Made by a program: the position numbers and the translations under genes. Below are positions 1 through 10,800 of a DNA stretch of 64,000 nucleotides, piece after piece; the first letter of the stretch is position 1, and each line of letters begins with the position of its first letter. The notes under the pieces were generated by a model. The model worked only from the letters and a program-made list of their open reading frames with translations, searched no databases and was not told where the DNA came from. Source of the stretch: Trypanosoma brucei. Lineage: Eukaryota. The DNA lies in assembly GCA_000002445.1 (NCBI GenBank), contig CH464491.1:416001-480000 (forward strand), written 5' to 3'.

Positions 1-1015
1 GGAATATGGTGATGTAACCGTTAAGTTCCTCATGAGGTTGGATAACGCAAAGTATGAGGATGAAATCCGGCGCTTCGTTCTCACAGTGTACCCAGCAGAT
101 GATACTATCTCCATCTTCGAGCCTGTTATACGGAACATGGGCATTGTGGGCGGAAAATTTCTTCAGCGGCAGCGTAGCAAGCGCCCCAATGGTGAATTCT
201 ACACAGCAAAGGACTTCTTCGTTGGAGCGCGCTTGACCATCAATGGTTTCCCCTTCGTTATCTTATCCAGCGATGAGCGGTCTTTGAGCTATATGGAAAC
301 CAAACACGATGAGTTTATCCGCTCTGACATCAATTACGTGGTGAGGAAGCTACGGGCAATGCTTCTAAGTAGAAAAACGGGGTTGGTCGAGGCGTTCAGA
401 GAGGCGGATAAGGAGAACTCAACTGGACTGAAAATGGATGTCTTTCTGGATATTATGAACCGGCTAAAGTTAGACATATCCGAGCAAGAGCTGCTAAGTC
501 TCCTGAGGTACTTCGACAAACAAAATGAGTCGTATGTATCTTATGAAGAGTTCATGAGCCGTGTGATGCCTGAGGGAGTTGCAGTTGCTTCTGATGATCG
601 GCCATGGGAAGTAATCGATGCCCAAAGCGCCGAAGAGGAGCTCGCTGCCTTTGTGGTCGATCCCCGTATCGACGAGGAGAAACGCCTTCGAGCTGAGCAG
701 ATCTCCTTAGCTGCGCGAGGGGCAGAAGAGTTCCTCACCTTATACGACCAGCGCCGACAACTGGTGTTAAAGGAGTTTCGTGCCATGACGGATTACTCTC
801 CCGAGGGAGTTATTGGGGCCAAAGAATTCAAGATGTGTATTCGAAGGAAGTTGTTCGTGCAAACTATTCCAGATGCGGCACTCGATGCCCTTTGTGACAA
901 GTTATTCCCACCCGAGATGCCGAAACTTAGTCTGGAGGAGCTTACGAGAGTGTTCAACGGCACCTCTACCTTGCCACGGAATATGAAGGATATCAAAGCA
1001 GGTGAATCCAAGTAA
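1..1015 (+). CDS. C-terminal part of a Rib72/EFHC1-like flagellar protein (DM10 domain followed by an EF-hand-like region); the 5' end of the gene lies upstream of the window
   Basis: The reading frame is open from nt 2 to the window edge. Residues 1-105 of the ORF (FVLTVYPADDTISIFEPVIRNMGIVGGKFLQRQ...YTAKDFFVGARLTINGFPFVILSSDERSLSYME) fit the DM10 domain pattern of Rib72/EFHC proteins. A later segment (LDISEQELLSLLRYFDKQNESYVSYEEF) is EF-hand-like. Confidence 0.6.
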   Translation, partial: EYGDVTVKFLMRLDNAKYEDEIRRFVLTVYPADDTISIFEPVIRNMGIVGGKFLQRQRSKRPNGEFYTAKDFFVGARLTINGFPFVILSSDERSLSYMETKHDEFIRSDINYVVRKLRAMLLSRKTGLVEAFREADKENSTGLKMDVFLDIMNRLKLDISEQELLSLLRYFDKQNESYVSYEEFMSRVMPEGVAVASDDRPWEVIDAQSAEEELAAFVVDPRIDEEKRLRAEQISLAARGAEEFLTLYDQRRQLVLKEFRAMTDYSPEGVIGAKEFKMCIRRKLFVQTIPDAALDALCDKLFPPEMPKLSLEELTRVFNGTSTLPRNMKDIKAGESK

Positions 1016-1978
1016 TAATTAACTTGGAGTAGAAACTCAAGGAGGAGAGGGGAATTATGGGAGGGTTGGAAATGTGCCAAGGAGTGGAGAGGAAACAACA
1101 GGCAGTGACCATGAGGAGGAAGCGGGGAAGGGATGGTGATGAAGTGCATTAACATACTTTGCAGGTGAGATGAGCTCAATGCGCAACAACGATACAAGTG
1201 GAGGCACACCCACAGACATAGGCTCGGAAATAGATGTGCTCAGGTGGAGCCGCTTAATCTCATCTTTCCACATACAAAAGCGATGCAAAAGCGCTCCCAA
1301 CGCCTTCCATCGTCTCACGATGCTCCGCAGTTTGTGAATTCCCTAGACTCGTTTTGTCGAGGAAAGGATGCTGCTTTTTCTTTCTTTCTACTCTCCCACC
1401 CTCTCAACCTTGTTCCTTTTTTTTTCGCTATTGTTCCAAATGTCATCCTTATGTATTATATGTGAAATTAGAACCACTCAGCCGTGCCCACATCATAGGG
1501 GCGTGAATAACCTACTGGAAGGAAGAAGATGCAGACGTGAAACAGCTAAAAGAGACAACAGTTTCAAGAAGGGAAGAAAAGTTTGGGTTATGAACAGTGC
1601 TTGAGACGTCATCTGTTCCTTCACCACTTATCGGCCCTTTTTTTGTTTATTTGTTGCACACGCAAATATACACACACACACAAGCTGAAACGTAGACTAC
1701 TCTGGTTTAATCTGTTGTGAATGTCTTGAAGCCGTTTTTCCGAGAATAAAAGCAGAGAAGGGGGGAAAGCGATCTGAGAAAAACTCGCTCCCCACTCCTA
1801 CTGGCCGTATGATACTCGTACCCTTTTTGTTATGAGCTCTGCTTCGTGTTATTTACCTTTTGTTGCCTGTTTCCTTTCCCGATTTGCCCGGTTTCCTCCA
1901 CACCTTTTCAACTTGTTGTGCTGTTGGACACCCTTTACCATCCTTCGTATTATTTCCCACAATAATAAAAAAGAGGAT

Positions 1979-2485
1979 ATGATGTGCAATTCCTTTGTTG
2001 CCCTTTTGGTTTCTCTCGCGTTATCCCGTGGGAGCTTCGCTGATGTGGACGTTGGCGACTCCAAAGGGCGGCCAGCGGATGAGTGCCGCTTATTGGGATT
2101 TGACAAACCTAGTGTTCGTTGTCGTCATTGTACACTCCTGAAGCAGCACACAACAAATTTCACGCTGTATGAAGAGTGTCTGGCTTGCTGTGTAGATGAG
2201 AAGGTCCCACAGCTGTTATGGTACGCCACGGCCCGGTTAGTGGTGAAGAGCAAATCCCGGGACGAACCTGATCGAGAAGTGGATAAATTCTTAGCGAAGT
2301 ATAGGAATAAATTTGGGAACCGCTTACAGGTAGTGAACAGTGCAATTGGGCAACCGACACATCTGATCATGGTGGGCGAACGCGGCACCAGGGATGCGCA
2401 GTGGGTCGTCGAAGACTGGTCGGTAAGCTCTCTGCATGATTACCTGGTGCGGGCGTTCAATATGGAGACGGAGGAACTTTTGTAA
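1979..2485 (+). CDS. Sep15/SelF-family (15 kDa selenoprotein-like) secretory protein that lacks the Sec/Cys redox motif
   Basis: The Cys pattern C-R-x-LGF-x6-C-x2-C-x-LL...L-x3-C-x2-CC-x-E (ADECRLLGFDKPSVRCRHCTLLKQ...EECLACCVDEK) matches the UGGT-binding Cys-rich domain of Sep15 (human SEACRELGFSSNLLCSSCDLLGQ...DCRGCCQEE), and a C-terminal thioredoxin-like segment aligns as well. A predicted signal peptide (MMCNSFVALLVSLALSRGSFA) starts at an ATG near 1979. The track ORF begins at 1832, but that stretch is a polypyrimidine tract and probably 5' UTR / splice-acceptor sequence. The position equivalent to the CxU/CGU redox motif reads KSK, and there is no in-frame TGA. Confidence 0.45.
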   Translation: MMCNSFVALLVSLALSRGSFADVDVGDSKGRPADECRLLGFDKPSVRCRHCTLLKQHTTNFTLYEECLACCVDEKVPQLLWYATARLVVKSKSRDEPDREVDKFLAKYRNKFGNRLQVVNSAIGQPTHLIMVGERGTRDAQWVVEDWSVSSLHDYLVRAFNMETEELL

Positions 2486-3189
2486 CATTCCGGAACATGC
2501 TGAAGGAATTGTGGTGCTGTTTTGTTGCCGTTACAGATGTTTGTTGAGCGGTGGCGGTGGGGGGAAAGGTGCTATACGAAATGATGCAGCAGCGACCCGG
2601 ACATACCATTGTAATTTTGTCTCCTCTCCTCTTTCCTCTGACATGTGCCTCCTACTTGTGAATGTTCTTCCTCACTGCTTCTGTTGTGCCTTTGCACGTC
2701 ACATCAAATTTCAATATACATGTCCGATCACTCTCATTATTGTAATTCTTGCTTTTCTCGATTATTGGGTGTTGCTCCTTCTCCTTCACAAGAAGGTATA
2801 ACAACTTTAGCACGACCTTGGAGAGCATTTCGCGAGTTCCATCTCCAATCTTGAGCGTGATTATTTTAGTGTTTTCCCCTGTTTAATTTAAAGTTCCACT
2901 CAAATTTACCTGCGTTACGTGTATATACATAAACGAGTGTCAGTGTTACCGACGAGGGCGAGCGGAAGAAGAAGGGAAAGGGCAAAGAGGAGTGAGATAG
3001 GTTTTTATTTATTTCTTTATCATTTTCGGCCAATTTAAATATAATACGGTATACGGATTTACACCTTTCTACAGCTCGGCGGTCGGCAAGGACAGCGTTT
3101 CGTTCACTGAAGCTACATCAGTGAAGTAAGTTGTTTGCCATAACTTGTTTACCTACTATTGTGCGGCAGAATCATTTTATTCGAACACT

Positions 3190-6100
3190 ATGATGCGCCG
3201 TGCCTTTACGCGGGGTGCATGCGCAGCTCAGTCGTTCAGCATGGTACGCTTTTATACGGATGCCAAAACTGTTCGGCAGCCGCACCGCTACGACCAGGCA
3301 ATCACCGCTGAGAACGAAGTATACATTGAACAGCTGCTCAAACAATACGAACAGAACCCGTGCGAAGTGGACGGCAGTTGGATACCAATTCTTGAGAAAC
3401 TGCGTAGCGGCTCTCCGGATGCGCCTCTCGTGCAGGACTTCACCCGACCGGTGAAAGATGCCCCAAAAAGTGACAGCGAGCGTAGGCAAAGCATGGGCAT
3501 TACTTGGATGGTTACGGCATATGAAAGGTATGGTCATCACTACGCCAAAGTGAATCCTCTCAGGAGTGAGCAAGATGTGGAAAGTGACCGAAGGGACTTG
3601 TTAAATCTTCACTACTCCAACTTCGGTTTCACAGATCAAGACCTTACCAAGGTGTTTCCTGTAGATATTGGTGGTGGCTTAAAGGAGGCTTTTGGTGAGA
3701 ATGTGAAGGAAGCAACTCTGCAGCAAATAGTGGAGAAGCTACAGATGATGTACTGTGGTTCCATTGGATTTGAGTTTCTACTAACTGAGGGTGATGACGT
3801 CCGTCACTGGTTTCACAAGGAAATCTTGAAAACGTTTGAACCCCTTAGCAAGGAAGAACGTATTCACATTTTAGACGACGTGGTGAAAAGTTGTGGCTTT
3901 GAAACCTTCATTCAGCTCAAGTATGGGACGCAGTTGCGTTTCGGTCTTGACGGCGCAGAGGCTCTTGTTCCTGCTGTAATTGCATTGATGCAAGAAGCCA
4001 GCGACCTCGGCGTCACGTCCTTTGTCCAGGGCATGCCCCACCGCGGCCGTTTGAACCTTTTAGCCAATGTGAAGGTAAAGCCGCTAACCGACATACTAGC
4101 TGAATTCGAAGGGAAGACACACCGAAATGCGATCGCTCGTCTCGGTGATAACAAATATCACCTGGGAGCAGACAGACAAATTGAATTGCGCAACGGCAAA
4201 GTTATTAACTTTGATTTACTGTGCAATCCCTCCCATTTGGAGGCCATGAATCCCCTGGTTCTTGGCAAAGCGCGCGCACGCATGGTGGTCGAGAAGGACT
4301 CTGAGTGCGTCAGGACCCTCCCCATCATTGCACACGGTGACGCCGCCATATCTGGTTTGGGAATGGGCCACGAGACCATGGGTCTTTGGGATCTTGATAA
4401 CTACCGTGTCGGTGGTACCGTCCACATCATTACGAATAACCAAGTGGGCTTCACAACCGACTCGGTTGATGCTCGAAGGGCAAAGTATTGCAGTGACATT
4501 TCAAAAATACACGCCACACCCGTGTTGCACGTCAATAGCAACGATGTTGAGGCGTGTGTTCGCGCGGCGCGCATCGCGGCACGTTTCAGGCAGACGTTCC
4601 ACCGTGACATTATCATTGATCTTATCGGTTACCGACGAAATGGTCACAATGAAGCAGATTTCCCCGATTTTACCCAGCCGCAAATGTACCAAATCGTTCG
4701 ATCGCTTCGACCGCTGGTTGACCTTTACTCCGATACGCTGGTGGAGGAGGGTGTTCTAACAAAGGAAGATGTTAAGGCAAAGAAGAAGGAATACGAATCA
4801 CGACTGCGTGAAGCCTACGAAACTGCGCAGAGCTGTCCAGAGTACACAAAGGTGATCCCTAATTTAAGGGAAGATGCGGGGAATGCGAGCGAAGGCTACG
4901 ATCTTGCGGCTGAGAAGGAGGCAAACCTCCCAAAGGCAGTTGAAACGGGTGTCGACATTGAAGTACTACGCCGAGTTGGTTTGCACGTCACAACAATACC
5001 AAGCGAGGTAAAGAAGGTTCACCCCGTTGTGGAGCGTACATACGCGGCACGGAAGAAGGCCATTGAATCCGGTGAAGGTGCCGAATGGTGTTTGGCTGAG
5101 ATGCTGGCGTTTGGAGCCACGGCGTTGGAAGGAACACATGTGCGGTTGGCAGGGGAGGATGTTGAGCGGGGAACTTTCACTCAGCGCCATGCCGCGGTAA
5201 CAGACTTGGAGACAAACAAAAAGTACATACCGTTGTGTAGTCTGAGCGAAGACCAGGCGCTCGTCACGATATGCAACAGCAGTCTTTCCGAGTTCGGTGT
5301 GTCAGGCTTCGAATTGGGCTACAATGCCGTGAATCCACACACCCTGGGCATGTGGGAAGCGCAATTCGGCGACTTCGCGAATGGCGCCCAGGTTATTTTT
5401 GACCAATTCTTATGTTGTGGCGAAGAAAAATGGAATGCCAAATACAGCCTCGTCTTGTCACTCCCGCATGGTTACTCTGGTGCGGGTCCCGAACACAGTT
5501 CGGCCCGCATTGAGCGGTACCTGCAACTGTGCAGCGATACTGACGTGGTACCACACAACTTTCGTCGTGGCTGCCCACTCCAACTGCTGGAGGTCCGCAT
5601 CCAACGTTTCAACTGGCAGGTCTGTTATCCCAGCACACCTGCAAACTACTTCCATGTTCTCCGCCGTCAAGTGCGGCGGGGAGACCCCAAACCACTTGTT
5701 GTTTTCTTCTCAAAGGCGCGACTTCGTGCCCCTAATGTTTCATCTCTCAGTGAGATGTCTACGGGTACGTCATTTAAGCCAGTCATCGACACCGCTGTGA
5801 ACGACGAGGTTATTGCTCGCAAGGTTCTCTTCTGTACTGGTCAGATTGAGAGCATCGTGGATGATCGCCGAAAGAAGCTTCAAGCGGAAAAGCCAGGCGT
5901 TCACGACGATGTTGTACTGGTCAAGTTGGAACAGCTCTCACCATTTCCGTGGGAACAAGTGGCCGATGTATTGGAAAAGTATCACAGTCGGAACCCGAAC
6001 GTCCAGTTTGCGTGGTTGCAGGAGGAACCAAAGAACATGGGTTCATGGGCGTATGTGCGGCCGCGCCTTCAAAGACTGCTCAGACACTTGGGAATGGCGG

Positions 6101-6216
6101 GGTCAAGTGATTTCTTGCCATATGTCGGACGCGTGACAGCGGCCTCACCATCCACCGGATACGCCACCGTTCACGCTGAGGAGGAGGCAGAAATCATCAG
6201 ACAGGCGCTGGCGTAA
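3190..6216 (+). CDS. 2-oxoglutarate dehydrogenase E1 component (mitochondrial)
   Basis: The 1008 aa protein carries the hallmark OGDH E1 blocks: thiamine-diphosphate-binding transketolase-like regions (AHGDAAISGLGMGHETMGL, GDFANGAQVIFDQFLCCGEEKWNAKYSLVLSLPHGYSGAGPEHSSARIERYLQ) and the C-terminal OGDH domain. The N-terminus MMRRAFTRGA is Arg-rich and looks like a mitochondrial presequence. The track start at 3145 is a TTG, and the first in-frame ATG is near 3190. Confidence 0.93.
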   Translation: MMRRAFTRGACAAQSFSMVRFYTDAKTVRQPHRYDQAITAENEVYIEQLLKQYEQNPCEVDGSWIPILEKLRSGSPDAPLVQDFTRPVKDAPKSDSERRQSMGITWMVTAYERYGHHYAKVNPLRSEQDVESDRRDLLNLHYSNFGFTDQDLTKVFPVDIGGGLKEAFGENVKEATLQQIVEKLQMMYCGSIGFEFLLTEGDDVRHWFHKEILKTFEPLSKEERIHILDDVVKSCGFETFIQLKYGTQLRFGLDGAEALVPAVIALMQEASDLGVTSFVQGMPHRGRLNLLANVKVKPLTDILAEFEGKTHRNAIARLGDNKYHLGADRQIELRNGKVINFDLLCNPSHLEAMNPLVLGKARARMVVEKDSECVRTLPIIAHGDAAISGLGMGHETMGLWDLDNYRVGGTVHIITNNQVGFTTDSVDARRAKYCSDISKIHATPVLHVNSNDVEACVRAARIAARFRQTFHRDIIIDLIGYRRNGHNEADFPDFTQPQMYQIVRSLRPLVDLYSDTLVEEGVLTKEDVKAKKKEYESRLREAYETAQSCPEYTKVIPNLREDAGNASEGYDLAAEKEANLPKAVETGVDIEVLRRVGLHVTTIPSEVKKVHPVVERTYAARKKAIESGEGAEWCLAEMLAFGATALEGTHVRLAGEDVERGTFTQRHAAVTDLETNKKYIPLCSLSEDQALVTICNSSLSEFGVSGFELGYNAVNPHTLGMWEAQFGDFANGAQVIFDQFLCCGEEKWNAKYSLVLSLPHGYSGAGPEHSSARIERYLQLCSDTDVVPHNFRRGCPLQLLEVRIQRFNWQVCYPSTPANYFHVLRRQVRRGDPKPLVVFFSKARLRAPNVSSLSEMSTGTSFKPVIDTAVNDEVIARKVLFCTGQIESIVDDRRKKLQAEKPGVHDDVVLVKLEQLSPFPWEQVADVLEKYHSRNPNVQFAWLQEEPKNMGSWAYVRPRLQRLLRHLGMAGSSDFLPYVGRVTAASPSTGYATVHAEEEAEIIRQALA

Positions 6217-6240
6217 TGTTGGTTGAAGTTGCTGTTTTAT

Positions 6241-6275
6241 GGGGGGGGGGGAGGGGAAAAGGGGGGGGGAAAAGA
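6241..6275. repeat. G-rich homopolymer block (G11 A G4 A4 G10), potential G-quadruplex-forming, just 3' of the OGDH stop
   Basis: gggggggggggaggggaaaagggggggggg read directly from the sequence. Confidence 0.85.
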
Positions 6276-7745
6276 AGCTCGACTACAAATGGGAAGTTTT
6301 GTGTTGCGACCTCCCAAAGAGAAAAAAGGGGAGGAACAGTAAATATTATGGGGGAAGCGGTGAACACGAGGGATGGGCTGAATTAGTGGTAACGAAATAA
6401 ACGAGTGGATGAGTGAGAGGGCATGGGAAAGAAGCAAAGGGGGGGGATAACAAATCCGCGGATGAAAGAGAAATGACGAGGTGTAACAAATGCAACATGT
6501 GACGTCGTTCCCTCCCTCCCACCCCCATCTGTCCTTTCACTTTATCTTCGTCGCAGCGTTCGAATTTTCTGTTATTAATTTTGTCATTTTTGTTTGTTTT
6601 TTTTTTTTGGACTCCCTCTGGCATAAAGAACAACGGCATTGAGAAATCGAAGTGAAATGATGCTTCAGGGAAGCGGGATGTGGAGAACAGGAAAAAAATA
6701 AGCTGCGGTCATTGTGGAATTTGGTTTCGTCCTCTTATTATTATGTTGTATTGTTTTATTAACAAATGATAACAGAACGGGAATGAAAGAGAAAGCGAAC
6801 GGAAATAGAAAAGTACCTTGTTTATTATTATTATTTTTTTTCCTGACGGGCCTCGTCAGCTTTTGAAGATTTTCTGTTATAAGCGCGGAAGGGTGTGTTA
6901 ACCTGAAACGGGACAATGCGTGCAGGGCGAGTACGCAAATAAATATATATTTCACTTTAAATATATCAATCGGTCATCTATTTACATGATTCCTTTTAAC
7001 GGCGGGACAAGTTTTTCCCGGTTCCCACCCCGCTCCCCCTCCTCCGAGTGCCGTTGCAGGGAAAATGGAGGGGAGAAGGAAACGAGAGAAAAGCTCATGT
7101 TCTTGGTTTATTTGTTAATTGTTCCCCGTCTTTTTTTATTATTTTATCGGCGAGCTTACCTACCTCGTGGGCAAAGGAAGTCCACCACTTTTCAGCGACG
7201 GTAGTACCCTTTCTGCCTTTTTTTAAAAAAAAATTCAATCACCACCCGCTTTCCCGTTACACCTTGTTATATCTCCTTTATCTCCTGGGATTGTTGTTGT
7301 TGTTGTTTCATATCGGTTTGTTTCAACTACTTCGGTCGTCACATTGCTAACATCACAATCCGTTACAAAATGGTGATGAGGCGATGGTGTGGCGGAGTTC
7401 AGTGACGAGAGGAAGAAGTTAATGAAAACACAGTGAATAAGGGGGAAAAAAAAGAAGAAGCGAAGAAATAGGGGCAAAGAGCGTTTTTTTTTGTTAATGA
7501 TTGTTATAGCAGCTGTTGAGGATGCAAGTGTAACATGTTTTTTTTTATGTGTTGCTCTCACACATTTTAACGTTTGCCTCACTAATTTCAATTTACTTCA
7601 CTTGTTCTTGTATTACTTGTAGAGGGGGTGCTTCTGGTCCCAGCAACCTACAACACCAAAGCAAGGAAAAACAAATTTATGGTGAAATAATTTTTGAAAA
7701 GGGGAAGAGGAAAAAGAAATAAAAACAGAAATATATAAAAATCAT

Positions 7746-7800
7746 TTGTTGTTTTTTTTTTGCTAGTTTTATTCGTTTTATTCCCCTCCCCTCAAAGAAG
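7746..7800 (+). promoter_or_regulatory. polypyrimidine tract + AG, the likely trans-splice acceptor / upstream polyadenylation-coupling signal for the Fab1 kinase mRNA
   Basis: ttgttgtttttttttgctagttttattcgttttattcccctcccctcaaagaag lies immediately upstream of the ATG at 7851. In kinetoplastids such tracts direct SL addition. Confidence 0.5.
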
Positions 7801-7850
7801 TTTGGCTCAACTACCAGCGGTGGTTGTAGTTTTGCAGAAGGAGAGAAAAC

Positions 7851-10800
7851 ATGCGCAGTGCGCTTCCAGAACGAGCCCTGTGGGTTGACGACCAGTACGC
7901 AACGCGTTGTCGTGGGTGTGATGCTCCTTTCACATTACTTCGCCGCCGTCACCACTGCCGACACTGTGGACAGATATTCTGCGGCGACTGTTTAGCAACT
8001 ACTCATACGACTACTGCAGGCCGTATAATCACCGATAAAATAGCAACAATGGTGGGCCTTCGTGTGGATGGGTCCCACAAAATATGTCACGAGTGTGATC
8101 GCATTGTCCGCAAGCGCCGCTTCGTTAAGCGCTACATAGGGCAACCGGCAATGATTGCAAATGAGACATCTTTACATCACACAGATGAAACATCGGCACC
8201 AAAGCTTTCTGAATCACCGCCGACCCCAAACATAAGTGAAGAGCACGTCGATGTCGCAGCTTCAAGTGGAGAGATGATGCCGACTAAGTTAGAGGCAACG
8301 CTCTCTTCCTCCATAGACGAAAAGTGCAATGAGAAGGATGAGAATATGGTGGCAACAACAAAATTGGCACCAGTGCCGCTTGAATCGGAGCAACCGCCCA
8401 CGGAGGAAATTCCGACCCACCCCGAAACCCCGAAAGAGCGGGAGATCAGCTATAGCCTCGCAGAACTTCCGCTATACAGCCGCAACAGCATGACTGTGTG
8501 GATTGAGAGGTTACGGAGGGAGGCTCAGGGTCGCAAGTGGGACGGAGCCGCACGACCTCCAAAACCGTTAAGTAACCGTTGTGTCTTCAAAGCGGAACCC
8601 AAAGCCAAGTTCACCGTCCTGGAAGCCGCGGAGGGCCCCACCGCCTCAATGGCCACCGTTTTTACAGCACCTGTTGCTCAGGAAGAATTGCAGAAACTCG
8701 AACAGGAGGTGTCGTTTCACCTCATTAAACGTGCCTCGCGTCACTTTATGAGTGAGGAGGTGCTATTGTCGGGGGGGGGCTTGGATAAGGTGGAGTGGGT
8801 TGCTGGAATATGCGATTTAGCATGGCGTGTGGTGTCGCAAACCCTTGTCGTCCCTCGTGAACATGTACTTGCGCACTTGGACGTAATTTGTGTACCCGGA
8901 GGGTCGCTTTCTGAAACGAAAATCATTCCCGGGGTGGCCTTTCTGCAGACGGTGGCGTTTAGGCAAATGAGGACTACAGTAAAGCTCCCCCGTATTTTGC
9001 TCTTGGCGGGAGATGTGGGTGTTGCCGTGAAGCCACTGACAGACCTTACGGAATACATTGGAAGTTGTGAGGGCTATTTGGACAAGCAGTACCAACGTAT
9101 TAAACTGTGGAACCCCTCGGTGATTGTCGTAGAGGGAAGGATGCATCACTACCTGTTGGACAGGATTCAGAGGGAATCAGATATCACACTTGTTCTTCAG
9201 GCTGGGAAAGCGGCACTCCATCGGTTGTCGCGCTGCTGCAGTGCAAGCATCATAAGGGACTTGCAGTACGTGAGTGGTATGGATGTTAGTGATCCCTCCG
9301 CGTTGGGAACCTGTGACACTTTTCAGCTTATCCAAATAGGGGGTAAAAATATTTGTGCATTTAGTGGACTTCGAATGCCATCTTTTACAACCGTGCTATT
9401 ACGCGGAGGTGAGGGGGGGCAGTTGGATGCTGCTAAACGGATACTGGTTAATTGTGCCATAACAGCGTACCACCTTGCGCTCCAAGCGCACTGCTTCGCT
9501 GATTTCGGAATCGGGATGTGTCCAGAGTACAACCCCGATGGTGTAGCTGGCGATGAGGAGGGACGCGAGGAGAACCGGAGATTGCCATCGCCATGTGGAA
9601 ACTTGGCTGCTTCGAACCTTCACGATCACGTGGAGTGCATGACGTTTATTTCATCTTCCCCACGGGACGAGGACCTTGCGGCAACGCTATCGATGAATAT
9701 TGCTATTAAATACCCAGATGACGTAACCAACATGGACCCGAGGTACACCAAGCTGGTGACTGATTGTCTCGAAGTCGGCACTGCCTTGCTCGACACGGCT
9801 GCAGGTGATGATCCGGCTGGGGTAACACCGATGTCGTCTATGATCTCTAACGTCCACCAGCATTTTGAGTCATTTTCTTTTTACAGCGATGCCGATGAAA
9901 CGCTTCGTGAATACCTAACTGCTCGAGCCAGAGAGGGTGACGGCACGCGCCTCATTGTTCATGGAAATAAGCGTGTCTGGGTAACGGTAAAAGCAAATGC
10001 AAGCAGCGGCAGCAGGACCAACGCACAGGGGTCGCGCGCTTTTAGTGGGTTGGGCACGACATCGCAGAGCCTTAAGTTGGCGCAACCGTGCGGTTCCCTC
10101 CAGTTGGGGGAGAAACTGGAAAATGATTCTTGGAGACTCCCACTTCGAACTGAGGCCATTTGTAAGCAATGTATGCAGGATGTTACGTCCAACTTTAATA
10201 CAGTTCCAATGGAACCATGTTCTGTTCATACTTTGAACATTTCCTGGGGAGCGTTTTTGGAGTTTCTCATTTACACTTCACCTTCCGTTGTCATGACGTG
10301 TGGCCACCGCATGTGTGAAAGTTCCTTCCTCTCTTTCACATTGTTTCCCTACTCTACAGCGGAGGTTGCGGTATCTATTCGTGTGGAGGAACTCCCAGTG
10401 TACGACATTATTCCTCCTTCAATGACAATGCCTTTATGCGCTGACGTCGTCTCCATGTATTACCATCACGAGTTTGAGGAATTACGCCAGTGCGTTGCTC
10501 AAACTATTGCTATTGTTCAAACCGCATTGAGCCCCCAAATGAGTCAGCAAGTCGGAATGGCGAATCAAGCGAAGAATGCGAAGCAGACGTTTTCTCAACT
10601 CCTAAGCAGCCGTAATTGTATAACCGACGCTGACACAACTAATGTTACTGAGGAAAGAGGAAGATCATTGTTGAAGCAAGCGGAGGATCTTATTGGGCGC
10701 TTGTCGTCGCTGCAGAGCACGGAAGGTCTCACCCAGGTTCGTTGTGGCGAAATGGCGGAACTTATTATTGATACTCAGGATTGGTTTGCTGCGTATGTCG

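Noticed and set aside
1832-1978. N-terminal 49 aa extension of the Sep15-like ORF (track ORF starts at the ATG at 1832)
   Set aside because: The extension is the translation of a long polypyrimidine tract (cccttttgtt...cctttaccatccttcgtattatttcccac), the expected trans-splice acceptor region. The downstream ATG at ~1979 begins a canonical signal peptide, so the shorter model is preferred.
2436-2854. ORFs 2436-2801 and 2645-2854 downstream of the Sep15-like gene
   Set aside because: They are Cys/Leu-rich low-complexity translations of 3' UTR and polypyrimidine sequence with no upstream acceptor context or motif. They are probably not genes.
3145-3189. Non-ATG starts reported by the ORF track (TTG at 3145, 39010, 48101, 60571; GTG at 23066, 52716, 62102)
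   Set aside because: The nuclear genes of this eukaryote initiate at ATG. The track evidently allowed bacterial alternative starts translated as M. The first in-frame ATG was used instead, supported for the two GT-like paralogs by their matching MLKG N-termini.
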